Positions 9,928 to 19,811 of a DNA stretch of 64,000 nucleotides are shown in pieces. Origin of the DNA: Polyangiales bacterium. GTDB taxonomy: Bacteria; Myxococcota_A; Polyangia; Polyangiales; Ga0077539. Below the pieces are notes generated by a model, which saw nothing but the letters and a program-made list of their open reading frames with translations, was not told where the DNA came from and did no database searches. Made by a program: the position numbers and the translations under genes. Position 1 is the stretch's first letter, and each line of letters opens with the position of its first letter. Location: contig JBGARZ010000007.1 in the NCBI GenBank assembly GCA_044229975.1, forward strand, positions 192,001 to 256,000, in the 5' to 3' direction.

Positions 9928-10368
9928 ATGAGCAAGATTTTGGTTCCGCTGGACTCGACGCCCGTCGCCGCGGCGGTGCTGTCGACGGCCGTGCAGCTCG
10001 CCCGCTGGCAGGGCGCCGACCTCCTGCTGCTGCGCGCCATCGGCGTGCCCACCGAGCTCCCGCTGGAGGCGTACGCGATGGCGCCCGACAACGTCGCGGG
10101 GCTGCTGGAGAAGAGCGCGCGCTCGGAGCTCGCCCGCATCGCCGCGGAGGTCCCCGCGGGCGTCGCGGCGAGCGTGCATGTGGAGTTCGGCGCGGCGTGG
10201 CGGGTCATCTGCGACGTCGCCAAGGACCAGGGGGTCTCGCTCATCGTGATGGGCGCGCACAACCACCGCATCCTCGACGGCGTGCTCGGGACGACGGCGA
10301 GTCGGGTGGTCAATCACTCCGATCGGTCGGTGTTCCTCGTGAGGGAGCCCGCGGCGCCGAAGGGGTGA
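9928..10368 (+). CDS. Universal stress protein (UspA family)
   Basis: KILVPLD; LIVMGAH....LGTTASRVVNHSDRSVFLV; GGAGGAG RBS upstream. Confidence 0.93.
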   Translation: MSKILVPLDSTPVAAAVLSTAVQLARWQGADLLLLRAIGVPTELPLEAYAMAPDNVAGLLEKSARSELARIAAEVPAGVAASVHVEFGAAWRVICDVAKDQGVSLIVMGAHNHRILDGVLGTTASRVVNHSDRSVFLVREPAAPKG

Positions 10369-10427
10369 GATCACCGCTCGACGGAATGCGCTCGCGCCGG
10401 GAGGTGAGCGCCCGGAGCGCACCGCTC

Positions 10428-10649
10428 AAGCCCGCGGTCGAGTCCCGTAGCCCCACGAGACCCGATGAGTCGTTTGGACCGGTGACTGCGGGCCTGAGCG
10501 TTGCGCGCCGCGCTGACGCCGCGGCGTGGGCCCCGGTGACTGCGGGCCTGACCGGTGCGCGCCGCGCTGACGCTGCGGCGTGGGCCCCGGTGACTGCGGG
10601 CGCGGTCGTCGCTCGCCCGATGTCCAGCACCGACAACCCGAGGGGTGTC
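10428..10649. repeat. Modular repeat family 2, half copy (central module, 54-bp tandem units, right terminus)
   Basis: GTCGAGTCCCGTAGCCCCACGAGACCCGATGAGTCGTTTGGAC, units starting at 10481/10535/10589, then GCCCGATGTCCAGCACC...GGGTGTC matching the 12838-12883 terminus. Confidence 0.85.
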
Positions 10650-10831
10650 GCTGGAGTCGGCCATCCTGGCCGACGGGACCGGAGTGGAGTTCTTGTGGAG
10701 GGAGCGTGCGACGCGGGTGTACCGCCGACACGAGAGCTGGTGGTCGCGCGATTGCCTCGATGACTGGGACAACTGCGTGGCGGAAGGGGTGGGTCGACGA
10801 GCGCGATCGATCGTCGCCATGAAGCGAGCGC

Positions 10832-11131
10832 CTACCAGGCGCCCGTGATGGGCAGGTCGCCCACGGCCCCGAAGGTCGGCACGCAGCGGTCGACGGAGCA
10901 CTCGTCGAAGCGACCGTTGTCGTTGAGGTCGAGGATCCAGGTGCGATCGCTCGGGCGGAAGATGCCGATGGCGGTGCGGCCGGTGCCCGTCCAGTCGCCC
11001 GTCACGGGGAGGTCACCCGGACCGCCGAAGCCGTCGAGGCAGCGGTCGACGGAGCAGCCGTCGAACACGAGGTTGTTGTTGAAGTCGAGCGCCCACGTCC
11101 GGTCGTTGGGGCGGTAGATGCCGACGGCGGC
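10832..11131 (-). pseudogene. Orphan C-terminal fragment with two FG-GAP/VCBS-like repeats
   Basis: Two copies of G(I)xRPxDRTWxLDxNxNxxFDxCSVDRC..FG..GDLP(V/I)TGxW; no plausible start or signal peptide before the divergent gene at 11237. Confidence 0.6.
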
Positions 11132-11236
11132 CCGAAGGGACGCCCCGGGAGCATCAAGTGCGTCTGGGCGGGCGAGGGCGACGAGCTGCTTGTCGGCACC
11201 GAGTACATGGTCGAGATTGGTTGAGGCGAACCCACG

Positions 11237-12457
11237 ATGGCGACCCGATTGAAGGTTCCGTTCGCGCTGCACCCCGCGCTGAACCTGCGCAGCAACATCA
11301 CCATCGCCGACGGAAGCGAGGCGGTGCTGAGCCCCGATGGCACCACGGCAGGGGTGATCCGCGGCGGGTACGGTCAGAGCTGCCTCGAACTCCACACGCT
11401 GGCCACCGGGGCCGTCGAGGTTGTTCTGCCCGCGCAATCCGCGCACGGCATCGAGCACCTGGTCTGGTCACGCGACGGTCGCCGGTGGGCCGTCGGGCAG
11501 CTCCGCTTCGAGGGCAACGACCGCAACGGGATGGTCTTCATCGGCGAGCGCGGTCGCGCCGACCTGCTCTCGGTGGCTCGCACCGCGGCGTACGGTGGGG
11601 TGACGCTCAACGCCCAGGCGCGACCGTCGCCGCTGCTCGCGTTTTCACCGGACGCTGAGCGGGTGGTGCTGCGGGTGTGCGGCGACGACCGCAACGCGCT
11701 CATGCACATCGCCGCGGCGACCGGCGCCGTGCGCGAGCAGTGGCTCGACCCCTCGGAGCAGGACGTCTTCGCCCACGCCTTCGCCGACGACGGAACGCTC
11801 TACACCGCCTGTGCGTGGGCGGGCGACACCGCTGGCCTCGCGTGGTACCCGCCGGGCGCCGCGGGCCCGGCCGGGCGGCTCGCGTGGCCCCACGGGCTGG
11901 TCATCGTCCCGACGGGTCGCGGGCTGTGGACGCTGGGCAACCCGAGCTGTTGCTTTCGCGTGGCGCCGGGCCCTGCGATGCCCGTTGTTGCGGCGGTGCC
12001 CTCGCGGCGCGAGCGAGTCGAAGCACTCCGCGCGCGCGCCTCCACCCGGTGGGACCAGGAGTATCTGGATCAGGTTCTCCAGCGGCTCACGGAAGGGCCA
12101 CCGACGCTGGACTACCACCCGTCGCGCAACGAGGTGCAGGGAGGCGCCGAGCTCCCGCGGCAGAGCGGCTTCCGCGTGCTGGAGCACGAGCTGTCGTGGG
12201 AGACGTCGTTCGCGTCGCGCCTCGGCGACGATGACCTCGTGGTGTCGGACGGCGTGGGCGTGTGGCGGTGGCATGACGACGGCGCTTCGCTCGCCCGCGA
12301 GCTGCTGGTCGACGACACGCAGCGATGCACCCACCGGGCGCCGCGCATCATCGGGATCTCGACCGCCGGCGACACGCTCGCGCTGCTCTGGAAGCAGGAC
12401 GCGCGCGGCGCGAAGACCGTGCTCTCGCTCTTCGACGTCGCCCGCGCGGCGACCTGA
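11237..12457 (+). CDS. Hypothetical protein, beta-propeller/WD40-like
   Basis: LSPDG, WSRDG, AFSPDA and AFADDG blade motifs. Confidence 0.65.
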   Translation: MATRLKVPFALHPALNLRSNITIADGSEAVLSPDGTTAGVIRGGYGQSCLELHTLATGAVEVVLPAQSAHGIEHLVWSRDGRRWAVGQLRFEGNDRNGMVFIGERGRADLLSVARTAAYGGVTLNAQARPSPLLAFSPDAERVVLRVCGDDRNALMHIAAATGAVREQWLDPSEQDVFAHAFADDGTLYTACAWAGDTAGLAWYPPGAAGPAGRLAWPHGLVIVPTGRGLWTLGNPSCCFRVAPGPAMPVVAAVPSRRERVEALRARASTRWDQEYLDQVLQRLTEGPPTLDYHPSRNEVQGGAELPRQSGFRVLEHELSWETSFASRLGDDDLVVSDGVGVWRWHDDGASLARELLVDDTQRCTHRAPRIIGISTAGDTLALLWKQDARGAKTVLSLFDVARAAT

Positions 12458-12883
12458 GACACCCGTCGGGCGATGGGTGCTCGACATCGGGCGCGCACCG
12501 GTCGGGCCCGCAGTCGTCGGGCCCACGCCGCAGCGTCAGCGCGGCGCGCACCGGTCAGGCCGCAGCCACCGGGGCTCGCGCCGCGGCGTCAGCGCGGCGC
12601 GCACCGGTCAGGCCCGCAGTCGTCGGGCCCACGCCGCAGCGTCAGTGCGGCGCGCAACGGTCAGGCCCGCAGTCGAGTCCCGTAGCCTTGCGAGACCGGA
12701 TGAGTCGTTCGGACCGGGGCTGCGGGCCTGACCGGTGCGCGCCGCGCTGACGCCGCGGCGTGGGCGCCGGTGGCTGCATGCCTGACCGTTGCGCGCCGCG
12801 CTGACGCCGCGGCGTGGGCGCCGGTGGCTGCTGGCCTGACCGATGCGCGCCCGATGTCGAGCACCCATCGCCCGACGGGTGTC
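12458..12883. mobile_element. Modular palindromic element (family 2, complete copy; BIME/MITE-like)
   Basis: 46-bp terminal inverted repeats (12458-12503 and 12838-12883); 53-bp tandem units at 12491/12544/12597/12650; central module about 12672-12716; then inverted units. Confidence 0.8.
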
Positions 12884-12966
12884 CCGGCGCCGGGTGCTTG
12901 TGAGACGCGCGGAGACCGGCGATGTTTCGGGTCGGGAGGCCGACGATGACCCCACGCGTTCGTTCG

Positions 12967-13491
12967 ATGTCCGAGTTTGAGAACACGCGCTCGGGAATGC
13001 TCGCCGGCGTCATCCTCGGAGCGCTCGCGACGACCCTCTGCGGCCTGGTCACGCTCGCCGCGATCGGGGACGTGTTTCAGAGACTGAGCTCACCCTTCGG
13101 CGTCGGTGTCACCTCGATCGTCGTCGCGGGCGCGGGCTTCGTCGGAGCCGCCATCTTCGGGCTCATGGGCTACTCTTCCCGCCGAACGCTCGCGCGCTGG
13201 CAGCGCATCAACGACCGACCCGTGATGGCGTGGGGGACACTGGGCGAGCCCCACCGGACCAACACGCGAATCAACCGCCGGTATCTCTACGAGCTCCCGG
13301 TCATGGTCACGCCTCCGCAGGGAGCCCCCTACGCGACGGTGGCCAGGTGGTTCTACCCGTCGGAGCTGCGCGACATCGTGACGGCCAACGCGCGCGTCGT
13401 CGTGCGGATCGACCCCGAAGACGCCAAGACCGTCCTCGTTGATTGGGACCAGACCCGCGAAGCGATGGGCCTGCCGCCAGCTTCCAGGTGA
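12967..13491 (+). CDS. Hypothetical membrane protein (two TM helices plus small beta domain, DUF3592-like)
   Basis: Two hydrophobic helices, then TNTRIN..Y..and VVVRIDPEDAKTV. Confidence 0.65.
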   Translation: MSEFENTRSGMLAGVILGALATTLCGLVTLAAIGDVFQRLSSPFGVGVTSIVVAGAGFVGAAIFGLMGYSSRRTLARWQRINDRPVMAWGTLGEPHRTNTRINRRYLYELPVMVTPPQGAPYATVARWFYPSELRDIVTANARVVVRIDPEDAKTVLVDWDQTREAMGLPPASR

Positions 13492-13514
13492 CGCCACCGC
13501 GGGTGACGCTCTCC

Positions 13515-13904
13515 ATGCGCTCGATACGCGCGCTGCTGTTGTGGAGTGTTCTCGCGCTCGGATGCTCCGAGGTGGCGACGCCGGGCGACGCCGCGGCGGA
13601 TGTGCCCGGCGCCTGCAATGTTCGCCACGACGTGCCGATGGTGGCCGTCAGCACGGTCTGCGACGGCATGGGGGTGGCGGCTTGCGAGCGGTTCGCCGCC
13701 GGCAGCGGTACGGGGCTCCGCACCTACGCGACCTGCATCCCCGTCACGAACCTGTGCGTGTTCGCCAACCGCTGCGCCTCGCTCGACGTCGCGAGCTGCC
13801 GGTGCGGGACGGAGCCGCCCTGCCGCGAGGGCGAGGTCTGCGCGGCGGGCGCGGCGGGCGCGGCGGGTGACATCCCGCACTGCGCCTGCGTCGGTGCGCC
13901 GTAG
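13515..13904 (+). CDS. Small Cys-rich lipoprotein
   Basis: Lipobox LALGC; many Cys including CRCGTEPPCREGEVC. Confidence 0.7.
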   Translation: MRSIRALLLWSVLALGCSEVATPGDAAADVPGACNVRHDVPMVAVSTVCDGMGVAACERFAAGSGTGLRTYATCIPVTNLCVFANRCASLDVASCRCGTEPPCREGEVCAAGAAGAAGDIPHCACVGAP

Positions 13905-14117
13905 GAGGGGAATGGTGGTCGCTGCCGGTTGCGTATCGGCTCGCTGCCGCAGCACTTCGGCGAGACTCCGTCGGCATGACCTCGGGTGGTTGCTGGTGGC
14001 CAGCTACGAGGGCGCGGCCGTCGTGCGCGGAGCCCTTCGACGCTGTCGCGCTCGAACTCGCTGAGCTCTACGGTCGACTGAGCGCTGCCCCCCACCTGCG
14101 ATACCCTCCCGCCCCTG

Positions 14118-17100
14118 GTGGCACGACTCAACAAGATCGCGTTCAAGCACTACGTCGAGACCGGCTGCGACCGGCGGCTCCTCTGGGACGTCGCCGAGGC
14201 CGACCCCGACTGGCTCTCGCCCTACCGCGAGCTCGTCCCGCCCGCCTTCGAGCGCCGCGACGCCGCCCGCCTCGGCCACGTCTGGGAGCAGCGCGTCTAC
14301 AAGGCCCTCCGTCAGCTCCCCGGCGCCCACGCCGAGCTCGATCGCGCCGACAACGTCACCACCACCCGCCTCGACCCCGCCACACTCCGCTCGCTCGCCG
14401 ACGCCGCGCGCGTCACCCCGCAGATCCTCCTCGAACACGAAGCCGCCGCGCCCGAGAGCTTCTACCGCTTCCTCCTCGGCGCGAGCGCCAACGGCCCGCT
14501 CGCCGTCTCGCTCCCCGAGCAGGGCATGCGCCCCGACGTGCTCATCGTCTCCGCCGCGGACGACACCCTCCGCCGCGAGGTGATGCCCGACGGACGCCTC
14601 CGCACGCTCCCGCCCGCCGAGCGCGCCGTGCGCCTCGCGCTGCGCATCATCGACGTCAAGCACACCAGCGAGCACGGCGTCGGCCGCTCGCACTTCGTCG
14701 AGCTCCTCTTCTACGCCCACGGGCTCTCGCACTGGCTCCGCGTCCACGCGCTCGAAGACCGCTTCTTCGTCGCCGCCGACGGCCACGGCATCTTGCCCTT
14801 CGCCGACGACCCCTTCGCCGGACTCACCCTCGCGCGTGTCACCCATGAGCTCGTCGTCCCGCTCGTCTGGGACGACACCCGCGTGCTCTTCGAGCGCGTT
14901 CGTGATCGCGTCCGCGAGCTCGGCCTCGCGCGCCCACACGACCCCGACGCGGTGCCCGTCCGCGTGCAGCCCGCATGCGGAACCTGCCACTACCTCAACG
15001 ACTGCAAGATCTCCCTCGAACGCGGCTCCACCGACCCCGGCGACTGGGACCTCCGCCTCATCCCCTACACCTCTCCCGCCATCGCCGAGCTCCTTCGCTC
15101 GCAGGAGCACCTCGACACCGTCCGCGACGTCGCCACGCGCCTCGTCGCGCATCCCGCCGTCACGGGCTACGACCCGCTCTACGCCGAGCGCCCGATGCTG
15201 CGCCTGCGCGCCCGCGCCCTCGTCGAGCGAACCCGCGTCCCCGCCCACTCCCTCGACCTCGGCGGCCAGCGGCACCTCTCCATGGCGCTGCCGAAGTACA
15301 GCGACATCACGCTGCTCGTCGACCTCGAAGCCGACCCCACCCACGACGTCGTCTTCGGCGCCGCGCTGCGCCTGGAGATCGGCTGCGCCCCGACCGCGGT
15401 TTACCGACCCGTGTATGAACGCTGGTGGTCGCAGCTCCGCCCGCTGGTGGAGTCCGACCTCGCGCCCGCGGCGCTGGGCAAGGCCGTCGCGGCGCTGCGA
15501 TCGTCGCTCGACGAGGACTTCCTCAAGGCCGCCGGGAGCACTCCCACCGTCGACGCGCTGCTCACGGAAGCGGGCACCGCGCTGGGGCTCTTGCGGGACG
15601 GCGGCAAGCTCACCTTCGTCGACCCGAAGGACAGCGCCGACGCCACGCTAAGGGTGCGCTGGACGTGGCAGTACGTCGCCGGGGACGTCGACCCGTTGGA
15701 GGAGTTCGAGCTCGCGAAGGACCTCCTCCAACAGCTCTCGGCCTGCGTGATGCTGGGCAACGCGATGGAGTCCCTGGTGGGCGCCGCGGTGCCGCGGCAG
15801 GGCGCCGAGGGGAGGGGGTACGTCAGCGCGCAGTCGCCGTCGCTGGCGGTGTTCTATTGGTCCGACGATCAGGTCGACAACGCGCAGGACATGCTCGAAC
15901 GGCAGGTGCATCGCATCAACGCCGACGCCACGCTGCGCCGCCGCTTCGAGGAGCTGCTGCAATGGCTGGCCCCGTCGGAGTCGGGCGTGGTGCATGCCTC
16001 GCGGCACCAGAAGCTCTTCAACCTCCGGGCCTTCGTCGAGACCACGCAGGGCCTGCCCCACGTCATCAACTGCACCTGGCACGAGCTGCTCACGAGCGAG
16101 TTTGGCTGGAGCGTGTCGCACCAGTTCTGGGCTCCGCACTTCAACTACATGGACCACGCCACCTGGCACGCCGCCATCGAGGAGGGCAACCAGAACAAGC
16201 GCGCCCAGCGCCTCGCCCGCATCGGCGAACAGCTCGACGTGAAGCTCCAGGGCGTCGACCGCATCCTCGGCCTCGTGCGCCGCGAGATGCGCGACGAGCT
16301 CGTGCTGCGCGAGGCCACTGCCGTGCGCCGCATGCGCGAGGGCCTGCGCGTGGGCGACCTGCACGCGATCGCGCGCACCTGGTACATGTTCCAGAAGCTG
16401 AGCGCGACGGCCGGGCAGTTGAAGGCCGACGACGCGCGGTACAGCTACCCCTCGAAGGGCATCGGGCGGCTCACCGCGGCGGAGGTGAGCGGGCTGGCGG
16501 TGTTCGCCCCCGACGCCGAGCACGAGCACGGCGGCGTGACCTTCGAGCTGCGCGGGATGTCCGCCGAGGTGCGCTTCAAGGAGGGCGACCACGTGCTGCT
16601 GGTGCCGGAGTCGAAGCGGGCCTTTGCGTCGCTCGACGAGTGGAAGCTGGAGCTGGAGACGATGCGCTACGACGCCGCCCAGCGCTGCTACCGCTGCGTC
16701 GCCGCGGCGAGGGACAAGCGCTTCGTCACCGCAGTGGGAGCGGTCGACGACGCCGAGAGCGTGTACCTCTACCCGACGGCCTCGGACCTCTGGTCGGGTC
16801 GGCTGCTCGACAACAAGGACGGGCTCCTGCGCCGCTGGTCGTGGCGCGCCGGGCACTCGTGGCTGGGTCACCGCGCGTCGTACCTGATGGGCCTCAACGC
16901 CGACGCCGCGCTGCCGGCGCCCGCGAGCCTGACCTTCTCCGCCGCGGAGGCGTACGTCTTCGCGCCCGCGCTGCTGCCCGCGGGGCGCATCGACGCGGGT
17001 GACCCGCTTCGTACGACGGTCTCGCCGCCGCCCGACGCGTCGCAGGAGGCCGCCATCCGCGCCGCGCTCGGCAGTACCATCACCTGCCTCCAGGGGCCGC

Positions 17101-18614
17101 CCGGAACGGGCAAGTCGCAGACGCTCGCCGCCCTCATCGATGAGTTCATCCTGCGTGCGAGCGGGGACGTGCGCGTGCTGGTGACGGCGTTTTCGTACGA
17201 CGCCATGACGGTGCTGGCGAAGAAGCTGCTGGAGCACACCGACGCCCACGGACAGCCCACGAAGGCCGCACGGATTCCGTTGGTGTACGTCGTGTCGGAA
17301 GACCGCGAGATGCCCGTCGAGGGGCCCACGGTGCACCGCATGGAGTTCTCGGGCTCGTCGGTCGTCGTCGACGGACAGCGCCTCGGGCGCAGCGGCGGGC
17401 GTCGGCTGGAGGACGTGCTGCCGCCGTCGTTCGTGATGATGGCCAACGCGCACGCGCTCTTCAAGCTGACGAAGCCCAGCGAGTCGAAGAGCCAGCGGTC
17501 GATGTTCGTGCACGACGATTTCGGCTTCGACCTCGTCATCGTCGACGAGGCGTCGCAGCTCCCGACCGACCACTTCCTCGCGGCCTCCGAGGCGCTGCTG
17601 CCGGGGGCGGTGACGCTGCGCTACGACGAGGCGACGCCCGACTACGAGCGCCCGGTGCCGCGGTTGTTGGAGGCGATGAGCGCGGCGACGTTGCCGGCAC
17701 GCATGACCCGCGTGGTGGTGGTGGGCGATCAGCACCAGCTCCCGCCGGTGCAGCCGGTGAAGCCGCCGCGCAAGCTGCGCAAGGTGCTGGGGAGCCTCTT
17801 CCACTACCTCATTGAAGGGCACCGGCTGCCGACGCATCAGCTCCAGGTGAACTACCGCGCCACCGACACGCTGGTGGACTACACCCGCACGCTCGGCATC
17901 TACGACGAGCTCTTCGCGTTTCGGAAGGAGCGCCCATATGAGCCATTGCCCGCGGTGCCGGAGGCGGTGACGAGCGCGTGGGTGCGGGCGGTGCTCGACC
18001 CGGTGGGGGATGTGCACGCGCTCATCCACGAGCGCGAGGGAGAGCGGGCGACGAGCCCGTTGGAGTCGGCGCTGGCGGCGGAGGTGGTGGCGGCGTTCTT
18101 TGGGCAGATGGCGGTGGGGAGCGCGGCGGAGGAGCGGGCGTTCTGGGCGGAGCACGTCGGGGTGGTGGCGCCGCACAACGCGCAGGGGCGGCAGATCATC
18201 CGGGATGTGAAGGCGAGGCTCGCGGGGGAGGGGACCGCGCGGCGGAGCTACCTGGACGACGTGGAGCTCGATCGGTGTCTGCGGCAGACGGTGTACTCGG
18301 TGGAGAAGTTCCAGGGGTCCGACCGGACGTTCATCGTGGCGTCGATGGGGGTGTCGGCGCGAGATCAGCTCGCGGCGGAGGAGGAGTTCATCTACGGGCT
18401 CAACCGCTTCAACGTGCTGACCTCGCGGGCGAAGCAGAAGATGCTGCTGCTGTGCAGTCGGGCCTTTCTGGAGCACATCCCGGGCGACCGCGATGTGATG
18501 GCGTGCGCGTCGCGCATCAGGGCGTACGCGGTGGACTTCTGCGAGCGCGAGGCAGCGGTGACGGTGAGCAACGAGCGCGGCGAGCCGGAGCGGGTGAGCT
18601 GGAGACGGCGGTGA
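14118..18614 (+). CDS. Fe-S PD-(D/E)XK (RecB/Cas4/Dna2-like) nuclease fused to an RNase H-like region and an SF1 (Upf1/Dna2-like) helicase
   Basis: N-terminal Cys plus CGTCHYLNDC; RPD..IIDVK..ELLFY; LVDLEAD; QGPPGTGKS, VDEASQ, VGDQHQLPP, NYR, GVVAPHNAQ, SVEKFQGSD, NRFNVLTSRAK. Confidence 0.88.
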   Translation: MARLNKIAFKHYVETGCDRRLLWDVAEADPDWLSPYRELVPPAFERRDAARLGHVWEQRVYKALRQLPGAHAELDRADNVTTTRLDPATLRSLADAARVTPQILLEHEAAAPESFYRFLLGASANGPLAVSLPEQGMRPDVLIVSAADDTLRREVMPDGRLRTLPPAERAVRLALRIIDVKHTSEHGVGRSHFVELLFYAHGLSHWLRVHALEDRFFVAADGHGILPFADDPFAGLTLARVTHELVVPLVWDDTRVLFERVRDRVRELGLARPHDPDAVPVRVQPACGTCHYLNDCKISLERGSTDPGDWDLRLIPYTSPAIAELLRSQEHLDTVRDVATRLVAHPAVTGYDPLYAERPMLRLRARALVERTRVPAHSLDLGGQRHLSMALPKYSDITLLVDLEADPTHDVVFGAALRLEIGCAPTAVYRPVYERWWSQLRPLVESDLAPAALGKAVAALRSSLDEDFLKAAGSTPTVDALLTEAGTALGLLRDGGKLTFVDPKDSADATLRVRWTWQYVAGDVDPLEEFELAKDLLQQLSACVMLGNAMESLVGAAVPRQGAEGRGYVSAQSPSLAVFYWSDDQVDNAQDMLERQVHRINADATLRRRFEELLQWLAPSESGVVHASRHQKLFNLRAFVETTQGLPHVINCTWHELLTSEFGWSVSHQFWAPHFNYMDHATWHAAIEEGNQNKRAQRLARIGEQLDVKLQGVDRILGLVRREMRDELVLREATAVRRMREGLRVGDLHAIARTWYMFQKLSATAGQLKADDARYSYPSKGIGRLTAAEVSGLAVFAPDAEHEHGGVTFELRGMSAEVRFKEGDHVLLVPESKRAFASLDEWKLELETMRYDAAQRCYRCVAAARDKRFVTAVGAVDDAESVYLYPTASDLWSGRLLDNKDGLLRRWSWRAGHSWLGHRASYLMGLNADAALPAPASLTFSAAEAYVFAPALLPAGRIDAGDPLRTTVSPPPDASQEAAIRAALGSTITCLQGPPGTGKSQTLAALIDEFILRASGDVRVLVTAFSYDAMTVLAKKLLEHTDAHGQPTKAARIPLVYVVSEDREMPVEGPTVHRMEFSGSSVVVDGQRLGRSGGRRLEDVLPPSFVMMANAHALFKLTKPSESKSQRSMFVHDDFGFDLVIVDEASQLPTDHFLAASEALLPGAVTLRYDEATPDYERPVPRLLEAMSAATLPARMTRVVVVGDQHQLPPVQPVKPPRKLRKVLGSLFHYLIEGHRLPTHQLQVNYRATDTLVDYTRTLGIYDELFAFRKERPYEPLPAVPEAVTSAWVRAVLDPVGDVHALIHEREGERATSPLESALAAEVVAAFFGQMAVGSAAEERAFWAEHVGVVAPHNAQGRQIIRDVKARLAGEGTARRSYLDDVELDRCLRQTVYSVEKFQGSDRTFIVASMGVSARDQLAAEEEFIYGLNRFNVLTSRAKQKMLLLCSRAFLEHIPGDRDVMACASRIRAYAVDFCEREAAVTVSNERGEPERVSWRRR

Positions 18615-19285
18615 AGATCTCGTTTCGCTACAAGGTCGCTGGGGACGATGGCTGGCGGTCGCGGCCGATCACGCCCGAGGAGTACTTCGAGCCCTTGTTC
18701 GAAGAGGAGCGCCCTTTCGAGTGGGATGACGTCCCCGATCGTCTCTCTCCAGACGAGTATCTCGACGTCGCAACGGAGAGGGACCTGGCGACAGAGGTGC
18801 GGATCTGGGACCCGGACGACAAGCTCCAACTCGTGGTGCGGGAGGTCTTCTGGGCACGTCGGCGACACCATGTGACCCATCGCGTCGAAGAGGGGCTGGA
18901 GTTGCTGATCGTTCAGGTCCTCGTGAAGGGAGAACCGAACGTCTGGCACACGGTTCGTCTCAACCATCACCCCGATGGGCAGGGGTTTCTCGAGCATCTC
19001 CAGGCCATCGAGGACGGGCGGCGTCAGTTTGAGGGCCCTTGCATCAAGACGGATGCGCCGCCTTCCCGGCGCGTCTCGTGGCACGAGGGAAGGAGCGAGT
19101 GTCTCCTCGACTCGGACGAGCAGTCTTTCGGCTGCACGCTGCGCGTCCTGACGTCCGAATCACCCGACGAGTGGGAGGTCGTCGACGCGCGGTTCCGCTC
19201 GGAGGGAGGCGCTCGCGTCGAGCATCGGACCGGGGGTCGGCGGGACGCCGCGGCGCCTTGCGGGATCACCGTCGTCGAGATGTGA
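18611..19285 (+). CDS. Hypothetical acidic protein translationally coupled to the nuclease-helicase
   Basis: GTG start overlaps the helicase stop (GTGA); open to TGA at 19285; less GC3-biased codons than its neighbours. Confidence 0.6.
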   Translation: MKISFRYKVAGDDGWRSRPITPEEYFEPLFEEERPFEWDDVPDRLSPDEYLDVATERDLATEVRIWDPDDKLQLVVREVFWARRRHHVTHRVEEGLELLIVQVLVKGEPNVWHTVRLNHHPDGQGFLEHLQAIEDGRRQFEGPCIKTDAPPSRRVSWHEGRSECLLDSDEQSFGCTLRVLTSESPDEWEVVDARFRSEGGARVEHRTGGRRDAAAPCGITVVEM

Positions 19286-19363
19286 TCGGCTCGCGAGAGC
19301 AGGAGTGTCGGCAGGGCGGCTGCTCTTGTTCAAGCGGTTGGCGAGGTTGGCGGTGCCCTGCGG

Positions 19364-19691
19364 AGGACGCCGAGTTCTCCTCCGCTTCCAACGTAGGGCA
19401 GCTCGCCGCGTCCACGCCGGAGTTCACCGTGCTGCCCTCGCGCTCGTCACGCTCGGTTCACTCCGGGCTATTTCACGAGGATCGCCCCGCCTGAAGCGGG
19501 GCTCAGAAGTACCTTGTGGAGGCATTCAGTTGGATGAAAGCGCTTGGACGGAGCCCCGCTTCAGGCGGGGTGATCCTCGTGAAATAGCCCGGAGTGAACC
19601 GGGCGCGACGGGCGCGGGGGCGGCACGGTGAACTCCGGCGTGGACGCGGCGAGCTGCCCTACGTTGGAAGCGGAGGAGAAATCGGTGTCCT
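19364..19691. repeat. Long hairpin element A (family 1): 141-bp inverted arms, 46-bp spacer
   Basis: Arms 19364-19504 and 19551-19691 (8 mismatches); spacer AGAAGTACCTTGTGGAGGCATTCAGTTGGATGAAAGCGCTTGGACG. Confidence 0.95.
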
Positions 19692-19811
19692 GACGATGCT
19701 CTGGACCGTCGGCTCCGCGGCCGCTCAATCCATGCGCCACAGCTCCTCGTTGATGCGTCGGTCGTACTCGTCGCCGCTCGCTTCGGCCGCGAGCCTACCG
19801 CACCCGCCGCG

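Noticed and set aside
10438..10482. Hammerhead ribozyme in the family-2 core (..GATGAG..)
   Set aside because: The core reads CCGATGA or CGGATGA rather than CTGATGA, and no correctly placed GAAA follows.
10645..10848. 67-aa plus-strand ORF after the repeat
   Set aside because: It starts inside the repeat terminus, has no RBS or motif, and is at most a gene fragment.
12491..12840. 53-bp tandem units as a CRISPR array
   Set aside because: The units are contiguous with no unique spacers, and they flip orientation around the centre.
14118..15020. Calling the nuclease cas4 or dna2
   Set aside because: Only the fold-level motif layout is shared; there is no cas context and orthology cannot be shown without a search.
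15648..18476. 942-aa minus-strand ORF
   Set aside because: It is the antisense shadow of the nuclease-helicase.
19364..19691. G-U wobble bias as proof of a strand-specific RNA hairpin
   Set aside because: Six of 8 mismatches in A are G-U compatible on the + strand, but B is split 2:2 and C has none, so the evidence is too weak.
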